A stretch of 64,000 nucleotides of DNA from Octopus vulgaris (GCA_951406725.2 OX597816.1:8308001-8372000), one strand, 5' to 3'. Counted from the stretch's first letter, positions 26,001 to 40,900 are shown. Numbers and translations: made by a program. The notes: generated by a model not told the origin, from the sequence alone.

Positions 26001-29000
26001 CCATCCGATTGTGGCCGTTGCCAGCCTCGTCTGGCTCCCATGCCGGTGGCACGTAAAAAGCACCATCCGATCGTGGCCGTTTGCCAGCCTCGTCTGGCAC
26101 CTGTGCAGGTGGTACATAAAAAGCACCCACTACACTCTCGGAGTGGTTGGCATTAGGAAGGGCATCCAGCTGTAGAAAAATCTGCCAGATCAATTTGGAG
26201 CCTGGTGCAGCCTCCTGGCTTGCCGGTCCTCTGTCAAACCATCCAACCCATGCCAGCATGGAAAGCACACGTCAAATGATGGTGTTGATGTTGAAAAGAT
26301 GGAGGTGGAAATTACACAGAAGTAAATCTAAGACATTTCAATTTAACCCATTGCCTGGCATGGGCCCCATTTGGGGATATACTAAAAACAGTCTCACTGC
26401 AGGTTGTTTGTTGTATTTGAAGAGAATTGCTTTTCTACATGGCATTTGCAGAGGTGTGTTTAACAATATTTAGTGGTTAAAGTCTGTCATTATCAGCTCT
26501 GGTTAATGCTAGAGGACATTTTATGTCATAAATTGCAATTTTTGAACTGCAAAAATATTGACTTTTTTGAAAACTTTTTTTTTTTTCTTTTTGCACTTCC
26601 CACCTGTATCAATCATAAAAAAGCTAAAATGTTTATTATTGCAATTAAACAAAAGGATAAATATGCTTTTTTTGCAGCGATCCCCATTTGAGACTTTCCG
26701 AAAAATTTATCATAATTTCCAAAATGATTCCCATATGAAGAAAATTTAAATACTATCTATTATTTTAACTCCTAAGACACCTGGCAAAGCCAAAAAATAT
26801 GAATAAAAAAAACTTAGTAGTTAATGGATTAAGAAAGAATTTAATAAAATGTTTTTAAAATTATATAAAGAAAATATTACCGGTTTTGATGATGAATTTC
26901 ATCTTATCAAATATCAGACAGAAGATAAACCGTTTTTACTTCAAATGTTTATAAATTAATAAATTACTTGAACAGTGGGTTCAGTCCCACTGCATAGCAT
27001 CTTGGGCAAGTGTCTTCTGCTATAGCCTCAGGCCGACCAAAGCCTTGTGAGTGGATTTGGTAGACGGAAACTGAAATAAGCCTGTCGTATATATGTATAT
27101 ATATATGTGTATGTGTGTGTATATGTTTGTGTGTCTGTGTTTGTCCCTCTAGCATTGCTTGACAACCGATGCTGGTGTGTTTACGTCCCCATCACTTAGC
27201 GGTTCGGCAAAAGAGACCGATAGAATAAGTACCGGGCTTACAAAGAATAATCTCTGGGGTCGATTTGCTCGACTAAAGGCGGTGCTCCAGCATGGCCGCA
27301 GTCAAATGACTGAAACAAGTAAAAGAGTAAAAGAGAGAGTCATCTCAATGAGAAAAGAGTTTGGGAGATGACTGCTCCAGTCATAGATTGTTCAATTATG
27401 TGTACAAGCCGTTATAAAATGAAGGGTGTAATATTGATGCGATCTTTGCAAAACAAACGTCACAAACAAAAGCCAGATAACTCTTCATTCTTTGTCTGAT
27501 TACTTTTTGTAACCTATGCTTATCATAGCACTGCAGCCATGCTGGAGCACCACCTTGAAGCAATCTCTCTTTAACTTGTTTCAGTCATTTGACTGTGGCC
27601 ATGCTGGAGCACCGCCTTTAGTCAAGCAAATCGACCCCAGGACTTACTCTTTGTAAGCCTAGTACTTATTCTATCGGTCTCTTTTGCTGAACCACTTAGT
27701 TACAGAGATGTAAACACCAGCATCGGTTATCAAGCGATGTTGGGAGGGTACAAACAAAGACACACACTCACATATATACATATATACGACGGACTCATTT
27801 CAGTTTCCGTCTACCATATCCACTCACAAGGCTTTGGTCGGCCCAAGGCTATAGTAGAAGACACCTGCTCAAGGTGCCGCACAGTGGGACTGAACCCTGA
27901 ACCATGTGGTTGGTAGACAAGCTACTTACCACACAGCCACTCCTACACCAATCAGTCATATATGACCATCATCACTTTTACAGTCTAGTGCTTATTTTAC
28001 CCTTTTTTTTTTTTCTGAGATAATGGCCTACTGTTCAATACAATAGTGCACACACACGTATGTGTGCATGTGTGACAAGCATCCATAATCTTAACACCCA
28101 AGTGAGGTAACATGTACAAGCTTTCACTAATTGTTTTGGATGTCTCTAAACACAAACACCCTCTTGGAACTTCCCATCTTTCACTCACTAATCTAGAACT
28201 TTGTCTGATATTTTGTCACTTTATTCCTATCAAATGTTTGAATTTGTTTCCACATAACAAGATGTTACTCAATTTCGAAATACCCAATGTTATTTTTTTG
28301 TTGGACACCCTGGTAAATTAGTTATCCTCTCAATAAGCACTTTTGCATAGAACTGGCTTCAGCACAGTCTCTGTCTGCTAGATTTGATTCACAGGACATT
28401 GCTCAGCCCAGAACTGTGCTAGAAGACACAGGCCCAGTGTACAGTGGGATAAAACCTTAGGGGCTACTTGGTTCCAAAGCATGCACAGGTATGCCTATAT
28501 ATATAAGAATTATAATTTAGGGTATCAAAGAGATACTTTCATGCTGGAAATAGCAGCCAAAACTTGACTCTAAAACCACTGCTATTTCCAGCGTTGAGGT
28601 ATCTCTTAGATACCCTAAATTATAATTTTAATAATAATTATTACCTTTGAAGATTTTTATTCCCATGCTGGCCACCTGATAAGATTGATAATTAAATTAA
28701 CGATCTTATCCTTATTTATATATATATAGATAGATAGATAGATATAGGTGTATCTGTGTATAATGAACAGGTTTTAGTACACAGTCAAAATAACAGAAAA
28801 TGTTGATCTTTGGGTTTAAATAGAACTATTTTTTGTTATTTCCTTTCCGCTTTTCATAATAACTTTTTCAGACGATAGTTGTAGTTATTTTCAGTTAATA
28901 AAATTTAAGAATTAAATAACTTGTGTTTGATTCTATGTTTAATTGGGAGGACAAATCTTCCCCCAAGAGGAATTTTACTCATATATATATTGCTTAGTTT

Positions 29001-32000
29001 CCTCATTCAATGCTATATTTTTCTTTTCTTTTTTATTTATTTTGTTTCAGTTTATATTTCATTTTTCTTTTATTTTTAGCAGAAATTCAGTTGATCGAGA
29101 TGATAACAGTGCAGTAAGATATGAACCACCGAGGTCTTTAAACAGTGACATATCCTATTTTGGAGTTGGTGGCAAACAGGCTATCTTTTATATAGGAAAT
29201 GCTACTAAAGTCAGTTTGATTGTTATTCCTCTTACCTAAATGCTTTTTATTTAATGAAACCATGAGATATACATAAATATATACTGCCTACTTATCTGAT
29301 GATTTTGTTCCTATTTTAATTCATATCTGCAAAATAGATTCATTATGTTAACTAATTTGCTTTACCCTCTGCTCTGTTACTATCCATCGTTTAAGTTAGG
29401 CCCTTCCCGAATTATATAACCGCATTTGATGTTGTACAAGCCCAATCAGTACTAGTGAATTAGGTGTGGTACTAACTGTAGGGATTTTTGATAAAAATGT
29501 TTGGAAACACCTCATTGATCCAACACAACTCCTAAATCACAACTGTGAAAATGAGCGAGATACTCAACCACTGCGCATTAACATCTGCTATTTTGTGTGT
29601 GGAATGCAGTGAGTTAAAAACTAGGCTGTAGACATCCCATGTTAAATGAGTTGGCTGGTATTTAGTTGAAGTGAACAAACTGGGTTGATTAGTCTAATAC
29701 AGATATAACTCAAAAAATTGTTATGGCTATTCTGCTCCACCAAAATGTTTAGCTTCACTGCTTTCTTATAAAATTCAGTAATTAATATGAGGCTTTCCTG
29801 ACCAATTCATCCCTTATTTAGTGTACATAGGCTAGTATTATTATAGCAATTTAAATAATATTTTTTTATAGAAATTCTTTAAACTTCCAAATAAACTCAT
29901 TTAATGGATTGATTTTTAATATTTGTAATTTGAGTAATGCAATACAAATGATGCTGATGTGTTAATTGGTGTGTGTGTGTTTGTATATATACATGCACAT
30001 ATGAGGTTTGATCAAAAATCATTGGGATTGTTGCTATGGTAACGGCTAAAGTATTCAGATTGAAGCCACTTGGCAGAGATTGGCCCTGAACTCTGTCCCA
30101 CATGCGCACTGAGATATAACATTCTCACTCACTTCTGTTGTTTACTGCAGAACTTGAAAGTAAAGAGTGTAGAGTGAGTTTGTCTCAAAAAGAAGGGTTG
30201 GTTTCAACTTCACAAGATCTCTTTGATTTTGTTGAGGAAGATGAAAGATTTTTTTTTAATGGTATAAAACAGGTGTTGAATTGTGGGTCTATGGCTATGA
30301 CCCTGAAACCCAAGGCTCAGTTTTTTGCAGTGGAAGGGCCCAACAAGATTTCAAGGTGACATGGAAATCCAAAAGAATGTGATAAGGCAGCTGTTTACTA
30401 TCCAAAAACAAGAAGTTCCAGGAATGCTTCCCGTCAATGGAAATGATGCTGGATAAAGTGTGTGACTTCAGAAAGGGACCACTTTGAAGGAGATTAAATA
30501 CCAATGTGATGGGTGTTGTAATTTTCTTTTCGTAGCACCAATCTCAATACCATTTTTGATCAGTCCTCATACACACACACACACAAACACAATTTGAAAA
30601 GACATATTTCGGACATAAACAACAGCATCATTTATAGAGAATACATTGACAAGTCTTTAAATGCATGTAATCTAAAGTCTTTTTTTTTTCTTTTTTTAAA
30701 CAATTTCTCGTTTGTAGACTTATTTTAATCATGTCTATTTTTCCAGATGATAACTCGACCAGCTGGTTCAAAAGATATTCATGAACTAACTATATCAAAA
30801 GATGATTTTGAAAAGAAAGAGAAAAATAACGAGTCTATTTACAGTGGTTTCATTAGAAACAGAAAAGTAAGTTCTTTCTCATTTAATCTTTTATCTTTTA
30901 CTTATTTCAGTCATTAGACTGCAGCCATGCTGGGGCACTGCATTGAAAAAGTTTTAGTCAAATCGATTCCAATATTTATTTTTTTGTTAAGTAGTGGTGG
31001 GGGTCCAACACACACACACATGATGGGCTTCTTTCAGTTTCTGTCTACCAAATCCATTCACAAAGCTTTGGTCAGCCCAAGGCTATAATAAAAGACACTT
31101 GCCCAACATGTCACGCAGTGAGACTGAACCCAGAACCATGTGGTTGGCAAGCAAGCTACTTTATTTCATAAATATTTGCCATGAAGGCAGCTACTTACCA
31201 CACAGCCACTCCTGTCTAAGTTCCTTGGCTGCTGAAGATATGTTTGGGCACTTGTCGTGCTGGTGACGCTTATTGTGGCAGAAACATCCCTCTCCGAGTG
31301 TTCTCTTGTCTCCTAACAGTCAGCTTCTCTTTTCCCTAATACTATGTCAGTTTCGGAGAATTGTTGATTCTTGAGATTATCTCCCCCTTCTTATGTGGAG
31401 CAAGTCTCTACAGCCTACTGATAATTATGGCACATCCTTTAGAAACGGAGATAATTTTACGAATCAAGAATTTATATTGTATGGTATTTGATATACTTGC
31501 AATTGTTTGTGTGTGTGCGTGCGTATGCACCTGCACAAACGTGTGACTACATGTGTGATAGGATTGGTTAGCTTGAGAGAAACAGGTTATATTACTCGGG
31601 GACACCATCTACAAAAACAACAGTAGTTAAGTAAGTGTTAACAGTTTAAGTGGCAGGATCATTAAAAGTTAACTCGAAACAATTATGGGAAAATTTGTAG
31701 TCGGGGGGAGCTGGTTGATATCAATTAGAAATAGTTCTCTGGTGTAATTAATTAATTAATTACAAGCTTCTGGCCACCCAGCCACGCTTGTGACTGATAA
31801 GGCTGATGAGAGGTTGCTTTTCTGCGGAGAAAGACCTTCATTGCCAGCAGAGTTGGTAGCTCCCTAAATTTTCTTATCCTGGCTACAATGCTTTCTGAAC
31901 AGTCACTTCTCTTACTGATTATGTCACATAAGTAACAGAACCCATTGACTACGCCCAGTGACCCAACCGAGCATTTGAGAAAATCTATTTCCAGTGTACT

Positions 32001-34403
32001 CTTCTGTTCTCTCTCAGTTATCGGGGCCACTCTAAGACCTTTCGCCTTGCAAGTCCTTATTTGTGCTGGTGCCCTGATAAAAGCACCCAGCACACACTGT
32101 AAAGTTGTTGGTGTTGGGATGGGCATCTCGTTATAGGATCCAAAGCATGCTAACACATCATCATCATCATCATCATCGTTTAACGTCTGCTTTCCATGCT
32201 GGCATGGGTTGGACGATTTGACTGAGGACTGGCGAACCAGATGGCTGCACCAGGCTCCAATCTTGATCTGGCAGTGTTTCTACAGCTGGATGCCCTTCCT
32301 AATGCCAACCACTCTGAGAGTGTAGTAGGTGCTTTTACATGCCACCAGCACGAGGGCCAGTCAGGTGGTACTGGCAACGGCCACGCTCAAATGGTGCTTT
32401 TTATGTGCCACCTGCACAGGAGCAAGCCCAGTGGCACTGGCAACGACCCCGCTTGGATGTTAAATGGTGGTGGTCATGGTGGCTAGCATTGCCATGTCTT
32501 GTTCAAACGTAATTGGGAGTAGAAAGGGAATTGCATAAAATATCATTTTTTTTTTTTTTTTTTAATTATTCATGTCAACATGTAAAAATGTCTAATGATA
32601 ATAATGAAGGTATTAACAAATTTCATCCTAGAATTTATGATGTCCTTCCTAACACCAACCACGTTGCAGAGTGGACTTGGTGCTTTTTACATGGCACCAG
32701 TGCTGGTGCCGCATAAAAAAGCTCCCAATCCACTCTGTAATGCGGTTGGTGTTGGGAAGGGCATCCAGCTGTAAAAACCACACCAAAACAGTGAAGCTTG
32801 ATGCAATCCTCTGGCTTACCAGCTCCTGTCAAACTGTCCAACTCTTGGAAAATGGACGTTAAATGATGATAAATAAAGAGGGTTAAAATAATCTATTAGA
32901 CATAAAAAATAAAGACTAGTTAGACCATTCAGTCTTCCAAGTCAGTCGTCCGAGAGAAACTGACATATTTGCAAGAAAAGAAAATAGCTTTTGTCTTCAC
33001 TGCAAAGCCTATTCTAATGTGTTGTATGCTTTATAGCTGTTTATTGCATTTCAAACAAAGGTGTGCTTTTATTCTATGACAACCAGCAAACTTTTCTCCT
33101 AAACACAATTTAAGTATCCATATTTTCACTGCCTTCTTTTTCAGCCTGGTGACTCTAGCCACGTTGCTCCAGAAGATGAGATTTTCAGAAAAATTATTAC
33201 TGAAGAAGAAAACCGTGAAAGTTTTACAGTGGTTGCCATTACTGGTATCAATTCAGGTCACATTCCATATCTAAAACACAATCTGAGGGAGTGGTGTCGG
33301 CAATTAGCGTGAGTTTCGTTTTTTTTTTTTTTAAATTCTGATCTTAAGCATTTGAGCAATTCTCTCTTGTCAGCTATGAGAAAATTAGAACCTTTTATGT
33401 TAGCATCTAAATCAGTGGTTCTCTCAACCAGGGTCCACCTGGCCCTTGAGGGTCCTTGTGAGAATTTATTATTAAAGTTTATCTGCAATAAATTAGTTAT
33501 ACTTCTATAGTACACAAAATATTTTAACAACTTTAATTACGAAAATATAATAGGAATTTTTAAAGATCAAATGACTATGAGGGTGTCCATCCGAATAAAA
33601 TAGGAATCAAAGGGATCCCTAGATAGAAAAGGGTTGAGAAGCATTGATCTAAATAGAAAGGAGATCTTCAAGATGTGATTTAATATAATGAAAACTATAA
33701 CAACACAAATTTAAATTCAGTGTTGTGAGGCATTTGTGTTTTTTGTTAAGAGTTTTGTAATTGGCAAATTTATGCTAAACCATTCTCATCTATTTTGATT
33801 TTAATGAATTCTTATGTATTTTTGTTTATGGTTTTTACTTTAAAAAAAGATAATTTGTTATGAAAATAATAATGAACTTACTGTATGATTTCATTATTAT
33901 TTTTGTTTAACAAATTTGAACTTTCTACAGAAATTTAACCTTTTCATTACCGTATTTCTGTTGAGATTCTCTTTGTTTCTTTCAATTAATTTTAAATATT
34001 ACAAAGAATTTAGTAAAATAACTTAGTTATCATTAAGCTAGTGTTGGGAACATAAATTATGACTATGGTTTGGTGGAAGATTTTAATTCAGAACTTATGA
34101 AAATAAGACATTTATACTATAGAGCCAGAGGTGGTTTCAGCCAGATTGGTATCGAAAGGGTTAAGCCAAGTATTTTGTAAATGTGTGTTAATAAATGTTA
34201 CTCTTTACTCTTTTACTTGTTTCAGTCATTTGACTGTGGCCATGCTGGAGCACCGCCTTTTTTAGTCGAGCAAATCGACCCCAGGACTTATTCTTGTAAG
34301 CCCAGTACTTATACTATCGGTCTCTTTTGCCGAACCGCTAAGTGACGGGGACGTAAACACACCAGCATTGGTTGTCAAGCAATGCTAGGGGGTACAAACA
34401 CTG

Positions 34404-34452
<49 letters not shown>

Positions 34453-34896
34453 TATGATGGGCTTCTTTCAGTTTCCGTCTACCAAATCCACTCACAAGGC
34501 TTTGGTCAGCCCAAGGCTATAGTAGAAGACACTTGCCCAAGGTGCCACTCAGTGGGACTGAACCCAGAACCATGTGGCTGGTTAGCAAGCTACTTATCAC
34601 ACAGCCACTCCTACACCTATTAGTTAGTTTTGAATTATTAAATAAAGCTTGTTAATCTATCAGTCAACAAAGTTAACACAAGAAAAGATAACATATATGT
34701 GATTATATGCAAATCTCAAAGATTTGCAGCAGGAGTGGCTGTGTGGTAAGTAGCTTGTTTACCAACCACATGGTTCCGGGTTCAGTCCCACTGCGTGGCA
34801 CCTTGGGCAAGTGTCTTCTACTATAGCCTCGGGCCGACCAAAGCCGTGTGAGTGGATTTGGTAGACGGAAACTGAAAGAAGCCTGTCGTATATATG

Positions 34897-34929
<33 letters not shown>

Positions 34930-37900
34930 TTGTGTGTCTGTTTGTTCCCCTAGCATTGCTTGACAACCGATGCTGTTGTGTTTATGTCCCCGTAACTTAG
35001 TGGTTCGGCAAAAAGAGACCGATAGAATAAGTACTGGGCTTACAAAAAGAATAAGTCCCGGGGTCGAGTTGCTCGACTAAAGGCGGTGCTCCAGCATGGC
35101 CGCAGTCAAATGACTGAAGCAAGTAAAAGAGAAAAGAAAAAGAGAATAAAAAGAAATTACTTGAGTATATTGAAGATGTGGTTTGTGAAATGCTTTGAAT
35201 ATCTTGTCTGCTCTTTTCAGTCACATTTACCATTATTATCTACACGGCCCCAACGGCAACCAAGATCCTCCAGCCCATGACCCCAACAGAGTAATGCGAC
35301 CAGCTAGTCCATTCAGACATATCAACATTGAAGTAAGCTGACAATTCACTTATTATCTCCCAAACTTCTAATATCCCATAGAGTTGAAAGAATACATCCT
35401 TTCCTTTCTTTAATGGATAACCTCAGTTGTTAAGGCCTAGTCTGTCTCTATGGTAACAGCTTCTCATTAGAGAAAAGTTCTGAGATTTCTATAGTTTTCA
35501 TTGTATTGCTCACTGTCCATATTGTGTAACCATTTAAAAAAAATGTAAATTATATTTAATTAATATATAATTAATAGTGACAAAAGCAGTGTTAATCCCA
35601 AAAGTAATATTTATCCCTGCTTAAAACTAGAAGCACCCCAAGTCCATATGAGAGGTTCTCTCATGGTAATTAATGCAGAATTCTGCATTTGAAGTGGGGA
35701 TAAATATGTCACCAGTTTACATCATTAACAATGAAGATTTTTCTATCAAGTTGAAAATTAATGTGCTTAGTTTTAGTTGAATGTATAATTTAATGAAAAA
35801 CTTATACAGCTGCTTTGGTTTGAACTTATTATTTCTTTGCAAATCTATGGAAATCTTTTGGTTTATAACAAAATTGTTAGATTCAAACTTGATGGGATGA
35901 GGTGGTGAAGCATGACCTTTGAACGTTGGGCCTCACAGAGGTGATGACAGGAGACCGAGACCTTTGGGGATATGCTGTGATTGAGAAGACCCAACATCTA
36001 AAGTGAGATTGTAGCCATGGCCGATGCCAGTGTTGCATGTCCAGCCCATTTAAAAGTACCCCTGATGCATCGGACGATATGATATGCTTGAGAAGACCTG
36101 TTGAGTCTAGTAAAACCAAAATCGTAGCCGTGGCCAGTGCTCCCTGACTGGCTCCCATGCCAGTGGCATGTAAAAAACACTATCTGAATGTGATCGATAC
36201 CAGGTCTGCCTGACTGGCTCCCGTGCCAGTGGGATGTAAAAAGTACCATCTGAACGTGGCCAATGCCAGTGCCCCTTGACTGGCTCCCGTGCCTGTGGCA
36301 CGTAAAAAACACCATCCAAACATGGCTGATGCCAATAAGCCCTGACTGACTCCTATGCCAGCGGCACATAAGAAACACTATCCAGATATGATCGATGCCA
36401 GGCCCACCTGACTGGTTCCTGTGCCTGTAGCATGTAAAAATCACCCACTACACTCTCGGAGTGGTTGGTATTAGGAAGGGCATCCAGCTGTAGAAACATT
36501 GCCAGATCAGACAGGGCCTGGTGCAGCTGCTGGCTCTCCAGACCTCAGTCGAACTGTCCAACCCATGCCAGCATGGAAAACGGACTTCAAACAATGATGA
36601 TGATGTTTGTGTACAAAACTATTTTGGAATTCTTTTTTGTCTTTCAGCATGTCTATTAACAATAAATGGAGGTTTCATTTTCTTGTATTTGCAGATCAAA
36701 TTATTCAAGGGGTTGGTGCTGATGAAAAACTTGAACCTTCGCGATATTAACGATGACCTTCAGAGTCAGTTTGTCAAGACAGGAGCTTCAGTGTTTGATT
36801 TCAAAGCGAAAGTAGAGGGTGCCGGAGTGGTTGAAGGAGTCCTCAGATATCATCCATTTTTATATGACCATGAAACATTCCCCACAGACTTTATTGATCC
36901 CAGATGTAAGCAGTCGACTTTTCTTCCTCTTATGTTCCATTTCTACCAAATATATTGATTTATTCTTTTGCACACTTAAGCAAATATTTCTTTCGGTCAT
37001 TTCTGGTTCATTTAGCTTATGGTGTGATCACATGACTGACCAGACTATCATGTTGTTACACACCGCTGGTCACAATGCGCTTTGCATCGTTTTAGCCTTT
37101 GAATGATAACATCACCTTGCTGGCTAGGCAACCAGACTGACATTCTCCCCAGATTGAAAAGGGGACAGGAGCAACATGAAATGAAGTGTTTTGCTCAAGA
37201 ACACATTTTGCCCAGTCTAGGAATTGAACACATGTTCTAGCAGTCTTGAGTGTAACAGTCTAACCATTAGGTCACACGCCTTCACAAATTTAGCTACAAA
37301 TTACTTCTAAATGACTTGACTCTCTCATTAGCCCCATTTCCACAATTACTCCTATCATCATCACTAATTTGTATCTTTCTTCACATATAATTTATTCTTC
37401 TTCATAAAATAATAATGAAATTATTGTATACAGTGCTCAGGTGCACCACAACTTGTCAGAAAGTGCATATAAAGTACATGCAGTAATGTACAAATGTCTG
37501 GAAAGCGAACAATGTATGAGTCAGATACATGCTAGTGTGTGTATGGAGGGGAGAAAATCAAGTGTAGTGTTGGCGAATCTCAGGAAGCATGGAAGTTTTG
37601 AAGGATGCAGTGCTCCGACAACTAACAACTGATGTCTCTCTCTCTCTCTTCCCCTTGCAGATTCAGAACCCGAAGATGACCATGATTATGCTATCAATGA
37701 CCGGCCAGCACGTGGAAGACGCCCTGTATTTGAATGCTACTGGAATGGTAGATTAATTCCTTATACACTTATTGAAGAGTGAGTATTTTTATTTCGATTT
37801 AACTATTTTCCATGGAAATATGAATTCAGTAAGAACCATAGAAATATGTCTGCCAAGCCTTTCATGCTTCATCGTATTTTGCAAGTTATCCTAACATTTT

Positions 37901-40900
37901 AAAGCCTATAGATTAGTTTCACTTACAACCACATAAACCCAAAACATCTTACCTACTCCTATTCAAGAAATGTGTTGGTTAATCAACATCAGACCTTATT
38001 AAATATACTTACCTTCATCATCATCATCATCGTTTAACGTCCGTTTTCCGCGCTAGCACGGGTTGGACGGTTCGACCAGGGATCTGGGAAGCCAGAAGGC
38101 TGCACCAGGCTCCAGTCTTATCTGGCAGTGTTTCTACAGCTGGATGCCCTTCCTAACGCCAACCACTCCATGAGTGTAGTGGGTGCTTTTTATGTGCCAC
38201 CTGCACAGGTGCCAGGCGAGGCTGGCAACGGCCACGGTCGGATTGGTGCATTTTACGTGCCACCGGCACGGAAGCCAGTCGAGGCGGCACTGGCATCAGC
38301 CACGATTCGGATGGTGCTTTTTACGTGCCACCGGCACGGAATCCAGTCGAGGCGGCGCTGGCATTGGCCACGAATTGGATAGTGCTTTTTACGTACCACC
38401 AGTCCAGGGGTCCTGGCATCTGCCGGTTGCCAGTCATAGGATTGGTTAAGAAATGTGTTGGTTAATCTACATCAGACCTTATTAAATATACTTACCTTCA
38501 TATTTGATTTTAGATCTCATATCCCCCCCCCCCCCCAAGACAGTGGCTGATATTGTGAAATTAAATATATTATGAGAAATTAAATATATTATGGATTTAG
38601 GAAGGGCATCCAGCTGTAGAAACTCTGCCAGATCAAGATTGAAGCCTGGTGCAGCCATCTGGTTCATCAAACCTCAGTCAAATCGTCTAACCCATGCTAG
38701 CATGGAAAGCGGACGTTAAACAATGATGATGATGTATTGTCTTCTTCTTCATGTTGAGATGTAGTTTTGTTCTGAAAATTCAACTTCTGGCAACTAATTC
38801 TTAAGATGTTAATGTTATGTGTTATTGTTTTTTATTTTATATCCTGCATTTTGTAAACAATATTAGAAACCTATAACCTCATTGGTTTCCAACACTCTTT
38901 GATGGCAAGAGTGTCCTATGTAAGGTCTTTTCATTTGACTCACCTGTTTATTGACAATATTCTTTCCCCAATATTGATTACTGACTTCAGTCTACCAAAT
39001 TTCATTTAGAGGTGGCACGTAAAAAGCACCCACTACACTCACGGAGTGGTTGGCGTTAGGAAGGGCATCCAGCTGTAGAAACATTGCCAGATAAGACTGG
39101 AGCCTGGTGCAGCCTTCTGGCTTCCCAGATCCCCGGTCGAACCGTCCAACCCATGCTAGCATGGAAAACGGACGTTAAACGATGATGATGATGATGAAAG
39201 CATTCAGCATCTCATAGTTATAGAAGACACTTTCCCCAATGCTCTGCACCGTGGGATCAGGTGCAGAGCCATGCAGTTGTAAAATGTTTTGGCCACACAG
39301 CCATACCTCTACACAAATGAAGAATATAAACAATTCAATTTACAATTAATTAAAAATGATTATATTCAGTTATTTTTGAGCTGTGAGTGTTTTTTTTTAA
39401 TTTGTAGATTTATAATTAATACAAGGAAAATCTTTTGCTTCTTTTATTTGAGGGGAATTTTGTCAGTTTTAGTGATTAATTTTTTTTTTGGTTTTAACAG
39501 ATTTGATTGGTGTAGTGCTCCAAAAAAGTCAAAAGTTGTCCCAGCAGATTGCTATAACAGGTAATATTTTATTCTGTGTTGTTTTCTCCACTCACTTACC
39601 AACTACTTTATAGTGTTAGTGTTTACTAGATCAGATTTTTTTTTAATACTAGAGAGAGAGAGAGAGAGAGATTGCCAAGTCCTCAGCATGTCAGGAGTAA
39701 AGGGACCTCTCAACCCTACTTTTCCTCTACTTACTCACCACTCATAAGAGAGAGAGAGAGAGAGAGCTACTTGTTTGATATTGAAACAGAATCTTTCCTC
39801 AAAACTGAACTCTATTAACTTCTTTCTTTATTTCCAGAGTTTCTGGTGTGTTGTGGACTAACGACAAATTCCAAGTCAGTACTAATAAACTGACTTTCAT
39901 TGATTTGGAGATGAAGCTCAAGGAAAAAAGTACAGTTTTCTGTCGAATTATTAATGGCCATGTAAGTCTACTTTCGTACTTAGATTTGCAAGAACTTTTC
40001 AACTCTAGTATCTGAATCAAGTAAAAAGATTATTGTGAGATATGTAGCCTCAGTTACCTGATAGGGGAGGCAGTTCTCTATACAATGTGTTTATGTGTGT
40101 ATTTATGCTTTATATACAATGTGTTTATGTGATGTGTGTCATGGTTAGGACAATGGCAGGGTGAAAAGAAGGGAGGTCAAGATGGTTAGCGAAATAATTG
40201 AATGTGACAAAATTTTATAAAGGTTGCCAGCGCCGCCCCAACTGGCCTCGTGCCAGTGGCACATAAAAAGCACCATCCGTTCGTGGCCGTTGCCAGCCTT
40301 GCCTGCCCCCCCCCCCCCCCCGTGCCGGTGGCACATAAAAAGCACCATCCGATCGTGGCCATTTGCCAGACTTGTCTGGCACCTGTGCAGGTGGCACGTA
40401 AAAAGCACCCACTACACTCATGGAGTGGTTGGCGTTAGGAAGAGCATCCAGCCGTAGAAATATTGCCAGATCAGACTGGGCCTGGTGCAGCCTTCTGGCT
40501 TCCCAGACCCCAGTTGAACCGTCCAACCCATGCTAGCATGGAAAGCGGACGCTAAACGATGATGATGATGATGAACAATTCCTTAGCTATTTAAAACCAA
40601 ACACATTGCACTCTTTGCAGAGTGTCATTGAGAATTGATATCAGTAGCATGGAGGGTAGACAAAAACAAATAAAGCAGGTGGCCGTTAGGGAGAATGGGC
40701 CATTTTCATGTGATGTATGATAACAATTAGAGCCAAATTATGAAATATTTAAGCTTTAAATTTTGAACATTTTCAAGAATTGTATTAATTCAGTTTCCAT
40801 AGTAAAGTATGACCACCCAGACAAATATTAAGCTAAAAACTTCTTTTTTGTTTTTACCTGGAATGTATGTTGAATTTCTTAAAGTGGATCCAAAATATGT

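Noticed and set aside
25936-26268. Recurring peptide family [20 protein letters not shown] in many ORFs
   Set aside because: Antisense translation of the non-coding RTE tail repeat.
34729-34800. tRNA gene-like sequences (also 20300-20378, 44766-44830)
   Set aside because: A/B boxes without a complete cloverleaf, continuous with SINE bodies.
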